A DNA stretch of 52,233 nt, from positions 1-52,233 of IMG/VR virus record IMGVR_UViG_3300010231_000010; one strand, written 5' to 3'. A program made the position numbers and the translations under genes. Below are positions 1 through 6,924 of the stretch, in pieces. This DNA comes from a virus. The notes under the pieces were generated by a model. The model did no database searches. It saw nothing but the letters and a program-made list of their open reading frames with translations, and had not been told where the DNA came from. Position 1 is the first letter of the stretch, and each line of letters starts with the position of its first letter.

Positions 1-55
1 AGCGCTGCGGTCGTGACGATCACCTATGTGTCGGATATCTGGCTGGATATCGACT
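1..55. repeat. 55-bp terminal direct repeat, copy 1 (identical to 52179..52233); assembly overlap of a circular or circularly permuted genome
   Basis: Bases 1-55 match the last 55 bases of the window base for base. The flanking reading frame is continuous across the junction. Confidence 0.95.
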
Positions 56-363
56 ATCAGGCGGCTGCGGACATCTCGCTGGCGTGTATCGCGGTGTGGG
101 CCACGCTTTTCGCGATCCGGTACGCCGGTTGGTCGCGCTGGTGGACCAACCGCATCGGCAAGGTCTACCTCGCGAAGTCGATCATCCTGGCGCTCGTTCT
201 GATCCAGGCTGCGGTGTCGGTGTGGTGGTCTGGTGATTATCCTGGTCGTGATCCGGTGCGGTTCGCGATCTACGCGCTGGGTTCTGCGGCGTTGGTGTCG
301 ATGCTGGTGACGTTGTGGCAGGAGCAGCGACGCGACCGGAAACACCGCAAGGAGAACACCTAA
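1..363 (+). CDS. Membrane protein, 3' portion of a gene that spans the contig junction (starts at GTG 52146)
   Basis: ORF 13..363 remains open back to base 1. The same frame runs from GTG 52146 through the 55-bp overlap. Several hydrophobic helices are present (IAVWATLFAI, IILALVLIQAAV, AIYALGSAALVSMLV), followed by a basic C-terminus. Confidence 0.75.
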   Translation, partial: SAAVVTITYVSDIWLDIDYQAAADISLACIAVWATLFAIRYAGWSRWWTNRIGKVYLAKSIILALVLIQAAVSVWWSGDYPGRDPVRFAIYALGSAALVSMLVTLWQEQRRDRKHRKENT

Positions 364-508
364 CTTGTCACCCGTCGGCGCTACACTGGACCTCGCGGGA
401 CGGATTAGTCCCGCTGGACCCGATGTAAAGCGGAGTCTCCCAGATAGTTACGCGGCTGGATAGTCGGTGACGCGGGGTTGGACATTCGCCAACACAGGGC
501 AACGATAG

Positions 509-543
509 GCCGCCTCTCGACTTTGGTCGAGAGGCGGCTTTTT
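509..543 (+). terminator. Rho-independent terminator
   Basis: A perfect 13-bp stem, GCCGCCTCTCGAC / GTCGAGAGGCGGC, with a TTTG loop, followed directly by TTTTT. It lies downstream of the membrane protein gene. Confidence 0.85.
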
Positions 544-647
544 GTCGTTGGTGCGATGTATGCTGACGGCAATAGCTCATAGAGCCGGTTCGAGGCGATC
601 CAGCCGCTTATTTGATCGTCGTAGGCATGTACCCACCGGGCATGTCG

Positions 648-684
648 GAATCGCCCCTCGGCTTCGGCCGGGGGGCGATTCTTT
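648..684 (+). terminator. Second GC-rich hairpin with TTCG tetraloop and short T tract (terminator or 5' regulatory structure)
   Basis: GAATCGCCCC(T)CGGC-TTCG-GCCG(G)GGGGCGATTC followed by TTT. It sits about 50 bp upstream of the ATP-grasp start. Confidence 0.55.
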
Positions 685-698
685 GCGTTGTGGCGGAA

Positions 699-736
699 CG
701 CAAAACCAGGCGACAGGCGAAATAGAATCGCAAGTA
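699..736 (+). promoter_or_regulatory. Candidate promoter giving a leaderless ATP-grasp transcript
   Basis: A TAGAAT (TANNNT) hexamer lies at 723-728, 7 nt upstream of ATG 736 (730-735). There is no Shine-Dalgarno sequence and no convincing -35. Confidence 0.3.
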
Positions 737-1566
737 TGGTCGAGCGCCAATTCCGCGTAGTCACCCATAAGCGGTGGCTCGCTGAGTTGTTCCAGCCAAT
801 GGGCGCAGTGATCGATCATGGCTTCGACATCGACCCCACGACGGCACTGGACACGATCTGGTGGGCACCCGGCGCATGGGTCGCCAGCGCGCACCTGTCC
901 GGCATTCAACTGCCGCTTCTGAGTTGCGGACCGGATTGGCTGGTGCACCTGCCCCAGCGGTACAGCGGTCGCCGCGTGGAGAACAAGGTGCTCGCTGACA
1001 TCACGCCCGGGAAGCTGGAGCCGACGTTCGCCAAACTTCCCGAGGTCAAGCACGACGGCGTTCCTGCGCGGGCCTACGGTGAGTGCTACCTGCGCGACAC
1101 ACTGGCTCAATACAACCTCCCTGCCGAGACGGTGTGGCAGTTACAGGAGCCGGTCGACTTCCGCATCGAAGCGCGCTTCTGGATTGCACACCGCAAGATC
1201 GTCGCCGAGAGTCCATACCGGATCGGCACCATGATCTGGGGTTACAACGGCTTCGAGCGCGCGGGACAGCGGCTCATCAAATCCCGCACCTACGCCACGA
1301 TGCGAGACTTTATCCAGACCGTGCTGACCGATGACGGCGTGGATATCGCGCCGGGTTGCACCATCGACGTTGGCATGACGACCGACGGACCCCTAATCGT
1401 CGAGGCCAATGCCGCCTGGTCATCTGGACCGTATGACGGCGACCCTGCCGGTATTCACGCGGCAATCGTCGCCAGCCACGACTTCGAGGGGCGCTACCCG
1501 CAGTGGACGTGGCGGCACAGTCCGGTGTTCGACAAGGCTCGACCGCTGCACCTGACCGCCGCCTGA
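736..1566 (+). CDS. ATP-grasp fold protein (R2K/DUF4343-like amidoligase candidate)
   Basis: ATP-grasp motifs occur in the expected order: FAKLPEVKHDG (nucleotide-binding Lys), LQEPVDFRIEARFWI (conserved Glu/Arg) and DVGMTTDGPLIVEANAAW (Mg-binding E-x-N). ATG 736 is preferred over the upstream start at 688. Confidence 0.7.
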   Translation: MVERQFRVVTHKRWLAELFQPMGAVIDHGFDIDPTTALDTIWWAPGAWVASAHLSGIQLPLLSCGPDWLVHLPQRYSGRRVENKVLADITPGKLEPTFAKLPEVKHDGVPARAYGECYLRDTLAQYNLPAETVWQLQEPVDFRIEARFWIAHRKIVAESPYRIGTMIWGYNGFERAGQRLIKSRTYATMRDFIQTVLTDDGVDIAPGCTIDVGMTTDGPLIVEANAAWSSGPYDGDPAGIHAAIVASHDFEGRYPQWTWRHSPVFDKARPLHLTAA

Positions 1567-1647
1567 AACTCGTTGGAACCGTTCGGCCGTCGTAGCCGTC
1601 TATACCTGTAGATCGTCCCCGGTCAACTCTCCAGGCTGGGGGCGATC

Positions 1648-1896
1648 TCAGAACGGCAATTCGTCATCCCACAGAGCAATATCCTCGGCGGTCTCGCGCT
1701 CCACTTGTTCGGCAAGTGCGATCCATGGTTTGAACGCTTCCGCGAGCCGACCCGCCGCACGCGCCATCGCTTCGGTCGCGATGGCAACTCGACCAGCCAA
1801 GTCGGCAAACCGTGCATCGAGGCAGACAACCTCGGCGCCCGCCACCACCGCAGCGCCTTCGACGATCAGCTCAGCCTCGAACACCGCGTCTTCCAT
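1648..1896 (-). CDS. Hypothetical 82-aa Ala/Glu-rich helical protein ending in an SSB-C-terminal-tip-like motif (WDDELPF)
   Basis: GC3-rich minus-strand ORF located 8 nt after the upstream gene. The opposite-strand ORF 1730..2140 is a Pro/Ser/Thr/Arg-rich artefact. The last codons, 1651-1671, encode W-D-D-E-L-P-F. Confidence 0.65.
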   Translation of the reverse strand: MEDAVFEAELIVEGAAVVAGAEVVCLDARFADLAGRVAIATEAMARAAGRLAEAFKPWIALAEQVERETAEDIALWDDELPF

Positions 1897-1904
1897 GCCT
1901 CTGA

Positions 1905-2156
1905 TTATGCGCCGATCTGCTCCCGATACACGTCCTCCGCCCGCAACCCCGGCGCCAGATTCCCCAGCAGATTCGCCACCAACTTCCGCGCACCCGCCTC
2001 CGAGTAGTCGTCAATCCGGAAGCTCGACGACTTTCCGTTCTCCACAACCGACCACGCAACAACCCACACCGGATACCCGACGACAGCGGCACCGGTGGAC
2101 TCGGTTGCGGTGCCGGTCGTCAGCGTCACCTTGGTTGTGAAGCGGGTGATACCCAT
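1905..2156 (-). CDS. Hypothetical 83-aa protein (first gene of the minus-strand pair)
   Basis: GC3-rich ORF. ATG 2156 is chosen because TACCGT (TANNNT) lies 7 nt upstream, making a leaderless start plausible, and because the longer 2228 start would run through the attP arm repeats. Confidence 0.55.
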   Translation of the reverse strand: MGITRFTTKVTLTTGTATESTGAAVVGYPVWVVAWSVVENGKSSSFRIDDYSEAGARKLVANLLGNLAPGLRAEDVYREQIGA

Positions 2157-2167
2157 GACGCGGACGG

Positions 2168-2251
2168 TACGGAATGGAACCGACAAGCAAGGAATGGCAG
2201 TGCGGTATGTTGTGGGCGGCAAGTTCATGAGGGTACAGTTCTGGGTACAGT
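2168..2251. promoter_or_regulatory. attP P-arm: candidate arm-type integrase binding repeats
   Basis: GGAATGGAAC at 2171-2180, GGAATGGCAG at 2191-2200, and GGGTACAGT at 2231-2239 and 2243-2251. All are in direct orientation, and both motif families recur on the other side of the core. Confidence 0.6.
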
Positions 2252-2281
2252 GAATCCACTGAAACCCGGTCTGACCTGCAA

Positions 2282-2324
2282 GGGGCGGTAGCTCAGTTGG
2301 TTAGAGCCGGGGACTCATAATCCG
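2282..2324 (+). other. attP core candidate: 5' half of a tRNA-Met(CAU)-like sequence (not a complete tRNA)
   Basis: GGGGCGG-TA-GCTC-AGTTGGTTA-GAGC-C-GGGGA-CTCATAA-TCC gives an acceptor 5' strand, a full D-arm, and an anticodon stem-loop with CAT. The match breaks off in the 3' anticodon stem; there is no T-arm or acceptor 3' strand downstream. Confidence 0.6.
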
Positions 2325-2388
2325 TTGCATGGGGTATGCTCAACAGCACGGACTTGTCAAATGTGCAGGTAGAGACCGTTTCTGATTG

Positions 2389-2468
2389 AACGGAATGGAA
2401 CGAGATCGAATGCGTGTGGGTACAGTGGAAGGTGCAGTAACCCAAAACTGAGTTTGCTGGAATGGAGA
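2389..2468. promoter_or_regulatory. attP P'-arm: candidate arm-type integrase binding repeats
   Basis: GGAATGGAAC at 2392-2401, GGGTACAGT at 2418-2426, GGTGCAGTA at 2431-2439 and GGAATGGAGA at 2459-2468. Orientation matches the P-arm copies. Confidence 0.6.
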
Positions 2469-2472
2469 CGCA

Positions 2473-3741
2473 ATGACGCGCAGGTCGCCTGGCGATGGAA
2501 CCCTCTTCAAACGCGCTTCCGATGGCATGTGGATCGCCGGATACACCGTGCAGATCGAAGGCCGCTCAGTGAAGAAACGCGTCTCATCAAAAACCCGCAC
2601 TGGTGCCATCCAGAAGCGCAAGGAACTCAAAGCCCAACTCGACGCCGGCACCATTCCCGGCGCGACCAACATCCGCATGGACCGATGGCTCGACCACTGG
2701 CTCAACAACGTCAAGAAGCCCCGCGTCGACCCCACCACGTTCCGCAGCTACGAGAGCACTGTCCGCCTCTACCTAAAACCCACCATCGGACACCTGCGCA
2801 TGGACCGGCTCACCACCGACCACGTCCGCGAAATGCACAAGACACTGCAGACAGGCACCCACGAGACACCCGGCTCAACCCGCAACGCACAGAAGGCGCA
2901 CCAGGCCCTCGGCGCCGCACTCAAGGTCGCCCAGGCCGAACTCGGCCTGCAACGCAACGTCGCCGCCCTCGTTGGCATGCCCGTCCACGTCGCAAAGAAG
3001 TACCCTGCCTTCACAGTCCCCGAGGCGCTGCACATCATGAAGGTCGCCGACGAAGTGTGTGACCCCATGTGGGCCGCACGCTGGAAGGCCGGATTCATGA
3101 CCGGCAAGCGTGAATGCGAAGTCCTCGGCATCACCTGGCCGCGCCTCGACCTCGACGACGACCTCATCGACATCTCATGGCAGCTGCAGGAGCTGACCAA
3201 GGAACACGGCTGCGGCCCCGCCGTTGATGGCCGCTACCCCTGTGGCAAGAAACGCGTCAGCTTCTGCCCGGACGCCTACTGGGACTTCCGCGCCGGCTAC
3301 GAGCACGAGTTCTGCGAAGGCAACCTCGTGTGGACCCGCCCGAAAACCCCACGCACCGAACGCGTCGCAATCCCGGTCATAAAGCCCCTACACGACACCC
3401 TCGTCGACCTCCGCGAACTCAAAGGCCCCAACCCACACAACCTCGTGTTCCACCACGCCGACGGCTCACCCATCAGCCAGTCGCAGGACCAGAAGGCGTG
3501 GCAGAAGCTCCTGAAGACCGCCGGGGTTCCACACCGACGGCAACACACCCTGCGCCGCACCGCCATCACCCTGCTCCGTGCCGCCGATGTCGACGAGCAG
3601 ACCCGCATGGAACTGTTCGGCCACGCACACGCCGACACGCAGCGCCGCTACGCCGACTCCGACATCGCCGCCCACAAAGCCGCCATGGCCAAACTCGCCG
3701 ACATGCTCGCAGTCCAAGACCTCGACGACGACGAGACCTAG
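2473..3741 (+). CDS. int: Tyrosine integrase
   Basis: 422 aa with a basic N-terminal arm-binding-type region. The C-terminal catalytic signature is HTLRRTAITLL...LFGHAHADTQRRY (R...HxxR...Y). Confidence 0.95.
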   Translation: MTRRSPGDGTLFKRASDGMWIAGYTVQIEGRSVKKRVSSKTRTGAIQKRKELKAQLDAGTIPGATNIRMDRWLDHWLNNVKKPRVDPTTFRSYESTVRLYLKPTIGHLRMDRLTTDHVREMHKTLQTGTHETPGSTRNAQKAHQALGAALKVAQAELGLQRNVAALVGMPVHVAKKYPAFTVPEALHIMKVADEVCDPMWAARWKAGFMTGKRECEVLGITWPRLDLDDDLIDISWQLQELTKEHGCGPAVDGRYPCGKKRVSFCPDAYWDFRAGYEHEFCEGNLVWTRPKTPRTERVAIPVIKPLHDTLVDLRELKGPNPHNLVFHHADGSPISQSQDQKAWQKLLKTAGVPHRRQHTLRRTAITLLRAADVDEQTRMELFGHAHADTQRRYADSDIAAHKAAMAKLADMLAVQDLDDDET

Positions 3742-4373
3742 GGGCAACTCGGGTAGATCGCCATCACGTCGCCGATGAACACCTGTGCGATGACGTAGTT
3801 GCCTCGAGATGCCTGCGCGTATTCGTCCGTTACGGCCGCGATGGATCGGCCATTCGATAGGCGCGCGCAGACCAGGTGGGCATCGCGTGCCATTGATGCG
3901 TAGTCCTGGATCGTGATGCCCTGGCCAGTGAGCCGGTTGAATAGCTGCTGGTCGTAGATGCTCACCCACTGTGGCGCTGCGGGTGTTGGTGCTGGTGCGG
4001 CTTTCGTGCTGATGGCTGGCGGCGCTTGGATGACGGTGGTTATCACGGTCACCGGTGGTGGGGGAGGTGGCGCCGGCGGTGGTGCTGCGACAGGGGTTGG
4101 TGGCGTCGGCGATGGCGTTGCGGCCAGCGGCGTCGTGTCAGCGCGCCGTGAATGGCCAACGAATAGGACCGCGCCAACAACCAGGCCGGCTACCGCGACG
4201 ATGCCGCCCGCGATTAGGGCAACCCGCACCCGCGAAACGGGCTCGGGGTAGTCAAGCACCGGCAACTCTTCGCTGTACGCGAGCTGCGGGCCTGTCTCAG
4301 GTATAGCTACACCCAACTCTGTCGCGCCGCACTGCGTCAGCGCTTCGTGGTCGACCGATTCATTCTCTGACAT
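3738..4373 (-). CDS. Membrane-anchored DUF732-like protein (N-terminal TM, Pro-rich linker, C-terminal two-Cys domain)
   Basis: The start at MSENES (4373) follows the upstream gene stop at 4381. It has a TM segment ALIAGGIVAVAGLVVGAVLFV, then APPPAPPPPPP, then ...AHLVCARL...AIYPSCP. Its stop overlaps the int stop in a shared CTAG. Confidence 0.7.
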   Translation of the reverse strand: MSENESVDHEALTQCGATELGVAIPETGPQLAYSEELPVLDYPEPVSRVRVALIAGGIVAVAGLVVGAVLFVGHSRRADTTPLAATPSPTPPTPVAAPPPAPPPPPPVTVITTVIQAPPAISTKAAPAPTPAAPQWVSIYDQQLFNRLTGQGITIQDYASMARDAHLVCARLSNGRSIAAVTDEYAQASRGNYVIAQVFIGDVMAIYPSCP

Positions 4374-4380
4374 GGTGTTG

Positions 4381-4725
4381 TCACCCGCCGTTCTGGAGTG
4401 TCCATGTGCCGCAGTCCACGGTGGTGAAGTACTCGCCGTCGTGGAGTTCCACTCGCGCTGCGGCGCCCGGGGCGACCGTTGCGCGACCAATCTCACTGGA
4501 TGTGGACCACTGTTCTCCGCGCTGCCGAATCCACAGGCAAGCTGCACTTGAGGGCACGGTTGCGGTCCATACTCCAGGCTTGGCGTCGCACGACCAGGTG
4601 CATACCTCGTAGGTGCCGTTCTTCGTCAACGTCCATTTGGCCGGCTGGAGCGCGAAGTAGCTGCAGCTACCGAACGCCAGCACGGCGGCCGTTATAGCGA
4701 TCCACTTCCACGCCCCCCTGGACAT
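4381..4725 (-). CDS. Small secreted or lipoprotein-like Cys-rich protein
   Basis: AGGA lies 8 nt before ATG 4725. The N-terminal signal-like helix WIAITAAVLAFGSC contains an imperfect lipobox, and the mature part has five further Cys. Confidence 0.7.
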   Translation of the reverse strand: MSRGAWKWIAITAAVLAFGSCSYFALQPAKWTLTKNGTYEVCTWSCDAKPGVWTATVPSSAACLWIRQRGEQWSTSSEIGRATVAPGAAARVELHDGEYFTTVDCGTWTLQNGG

Positions 4726-5090
4726 AGGCCGATCCTAATTGTCGCCAGGGTCACTGGCTGGTTGTTTCCTGAATGCTGTGTGTGACTGAACGTTTAGCCG
4801 CTTCTGTTCAGTGCCTGGCAGCGGAACTAGCAATCTGGATAACAATTGCGTAACGGCTGGGCAAACGCTGGCAATATATCTGACTGGTACGTAAATTACC
4901 GGTCAGGCCGGGGAGCCTTCATAACTCCGAAAACCGTAGGAACGCAATGGATTCCGCATGCCCTCATACTGCCGACCAGCACCTTCGTTGAACCCGTGCG
5001 CGAATGGACCCTCCAGACCTCGACCAGCTACGAAACGATGTAGCGCTCCGCTTTGAGCAACACCCACACATGCAATGGTCGGCCGCGTTC

Positions 5091-5651
5091 CTACGCGTCC
5101 TCCGAGATGTCTTCGACTTGGAGTTTGGGCCTCCCCATGTCGACGGCGGCCCCCAGTCTGGCGGACGCAGACTGACCCTCGTCCGCTAGCTCGTCGGGGT
5201 TCTTCTCGTGCGGCGGCGTTTCGCCCGATGCATCCGGTTCCTGCGTAGCTTCCATGTCACTGCGATGTGCTCCCTTCATTCGGCGCCGTATCTCGGCTAG
5301 TAGTTCGTCGTCGGTGTAGTGGGTTATCGGCGCTTCGGTTGGCGCGCGGGGCGCTTCATCGGCGCTGAAGCCGGCAAGTTGGAGCGCGTCCGCTATGTCC
5401 CAGTCGACGACGCGGGCCACGGCCGCGACCGTGGCTGGCGTTGTTCCGATTGGGATCAGCACGCCCTTGTTCTTCTGCCACCCGGTCTCCAGCTGCTTCC
5501 AGCGACCCGCGCTGACCGCCGGCTTGCCACCACCCGGCGCAGTGCGCCGAGACGCTTCACGCTGGGACAACCCCGCCTTCTCCCTGCGTCGTTTCAGTGC
5601 TGGCCCGAATGGCCAGTCCGCGCGTACCTCGTCGCTCTCCATGCCTGACAT
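5091..5651 (-). CDS. Immunity repressor candidate (XRE/Cro-CI type HTH)
   Basis: HTH segment LKRRREKAGLSQREASRRT, with an acidic C-terminal half, divergent from a cro-like gene. The start is ambiguous among 5651, 5642 and 5732; 5651 places the HTH near the N-terminus. Confidence 0.7.
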   Translation of the reverse strand: MSGMESDEVRADWPFGPALKRRREKAGLSQREASRRTAPGGGKPAVSAGRWKQLETGWQKNKGVLIPIGTTPATVAAVARVVDWDIADALQLAGFSADEAPRAPTEAPITHYTDDELLAEIRRRMKGAHRSDMEATQEPDASGETPPHEKNPDELADEGQSASARLGAAVDMGRPKLQVEDISEDA

Positions 5652-5809
5652 GTTCGCGTGCAAACAGGTGCAAAGTCCACTGATAGCACCCCGCTGATTC
5701 TTTGCAGTTACAGCGGCGTAATTATCGAACATTGCAGGTCAGTGCATACAGATCGCTAAGTTCGCGCGAATGGTTGCGGTTTGCACTTGTTCGCAGTACT
5801 GTTCGCAGC
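5652..5809. promoter_or_regulatory. Divergent promoter/operator region of the genetic switch
   Basis: TGTTCGC occurs at 5651, 5788 and 5800. TTTGCA occurs at 5701 and 5780, and its inverse TGCAAA at 5659 and 5669 (10-bp phasing). Candidate rightward promoter: TTGCGG (5774-5779), 17 nt, TACTGT (5797-5802), then 7 nt to ATG 5810. Confidence 0.5.
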
Positions 5810-6043
5810 ATGGTCAAACAGTCCTACGGGGTGTGGCAAGAGCTCCGGGTCATCCGTGAACGCACCGGATGGTCTTCAGCTGACCTGTCGCGCGAAAGCA
5901 AACTTTCCGCCCCATACCTGTCGCAGCTCGAGAACGGCGACCGCTGGCCGAACGCCAAGGTCACCAAGCAACTCGCGGTCGCACTGAAGGTGCCGGTTTC
6001 CGTGCTGGAACGGCCGCTCGATCAGAAGACCCCAGCCGCATAA
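5810..6043 (+). CDS. Cro-like HTH regulator (XRE family)
   Basis: 77 aa. The sequence IRERTGWSSADLSRESKLSAPYLSQLENGDRWP is a textbook HTH_XRE. There is no SD, so it is probably leaderless. Confidence 0.7.
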   Translation: MVKQSYGVWQELRVIRERTGWSSADLSRESKLSAPYLSQLENGDRWPNAKVTKQLAVALKVPVSVLERPLDQKTPAA

Positions 6044-6099
6044 GAAAAGGCCCCCGCGTGCGAGGCGAGGGCCAACCGACAAGAGAAGGGAATTTCTCC

Positions 6100-6924
6100 G
6101 TGTCAGACAGACAGAATACCGAGCTGGTGCCGATTTCTGTGCCGGGTGCCGGCCGACAGATTATGGCTGCCGTCATCAACGGCACGCCGATGGTGTCGCT
6201 GCGCCACGCATGCGAGGCCATCGGCATTGATTACTCCGGCCAGCTCCAGAAGCTCCGCGCCAAGTCATGGGCAACCGTGGGGCTGGTCTCCACGGTTGCC
6301 GAGGACAACAAAGTCCGCGAGATGGCGATGATGGACCGCCGCACGATGACGATGTGGCTCGGCGGGATCGACGAGAACCGCGTGAATGCAGCGGCTCGCC
6401 CGGTCATTGTCGCGTTCCAGGCTGAAGCCGCCGATGTGCTTGACGCCTACTTCACCGAGGGCGGCGCAATCAACCCGCGCGCCACCGAGGATCAGCTCGA
6501 CCGGCTCTCGCGCCAGGCGCAGGCGCAGGCCGCCGTCCTCCAGGCGCTGCGCGGGATCGTCGACCCGAAGCACCTCGAGGCCAAGGGCCGCATCATCCTG
6601 GCCCGCGCTCTCGGTGAAGCGCCCGAGATTGACGCGCAGGACATGCCGCTGTACGTCCACGACTATCTACTGAGCAAGGGGTTGAAGCGCAGCCTCGTTG
6701 AGGCCAAGGCTTCTGGATTCGGCAAGCGGCTGAAGGCCCTGTACACGGTTGAACGCGACCGAGCGCCGCAGATGCACCCGCAATCGTTGGCTGGCGGCCG
6801 GATTGTCCAGGTGTGCTCATACACCGAGGCCGACCGTCCTCTGTTCGATTCCGTCTGGGCTCGTCACTACGCAAACGCTGTCGCTGAGTCTGCTCTGACG
6901 GTGGTTCAAGGCGGCGCCTCATGA
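6100..6924 (+). CDS. Antirepressor (P22 Ant N-terminal-domain-like)
   Basis: LVPISVPGAGRQIMAAVINGTPMVSLRHACEAIGIDYSGQLQKLR...REMAMMDRRTMTMWLGGIDENRV matches the P22_AR_N pattern. GTG 6100 is preceded by GAAGGGA; an alternative start is at 6058. Confidence 0.75.
   Translation: MSDRQNTELVPISVPGAGRQIMAAVINGTPMVSLRHACEAIGIDYSGQLQKLRAKSWATVGLVSTVAEDNKVREMAMMDRRTMTMWLGGIDENRVNAAARPVIVAFQAEAADVLDAYFTEGGAINPRATEDQLDRLSRQAQAQAAVLQALRGIVDPKHLEAKGRIILARALGEAPEIDAQDMPLYVHDYLLSKGLKRSLVEAKASGFGKRLKALYTVERDRAPQMHPQSLAGGRIVQVCSYTEADRPLFDSVWARHYANAVAESALTVVQGGAS

Noticed and set aside
1-55. The 55-bp terminal repeat as a biological direct terminal repeat of the virion DNA
   Set aside because: A gene reads continuously through it, and the likely packaging site (HNH, repeats, terS) is 22 kb away. 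An exact short overlap is best explained as an assembly artefact of a circularised contig.
1730-2140. Plus-strand 136-aa ORF between the ATP-grasp gene and attP
   Set aside because: The Ser/Pro/Thr/Arg-rich low-complexity translation indicates a shadow of the two better-behaved minus-strand genes.
2282-2355. A complete tRNA-Met gene upstream of the integrase
   Set aside because: Only the acceptor 5' strand, D-arm and anticodon stem-loop are present. The 3' anticodon stem mismatches after three pairs, and there is no T-arm (no GGTTCGA-type sequence) or acceptor 3' strand. It is treated as an attP core fragment instead.
4846-5043. 65-aa ORF in the repressor-downstream spacer
   Set aside because: It has a TTG start without an RBS, third-position GC far below that of neighbouring genes, and no recognisable motif. 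It is kept only as part of the spacer finding.
5091-5651. Integration-dependent immunity (attP inside the repressor gene, as in some mycobacteriophage clusters)
   Set aside because: The tRNA-like core and arm repeats lie immediately upstream of int at about 2.2-2.5 kb, nearly 2.6 kb from the repressor ORF. No tRNA-like or repeat structure is seen inside the repressor gene.
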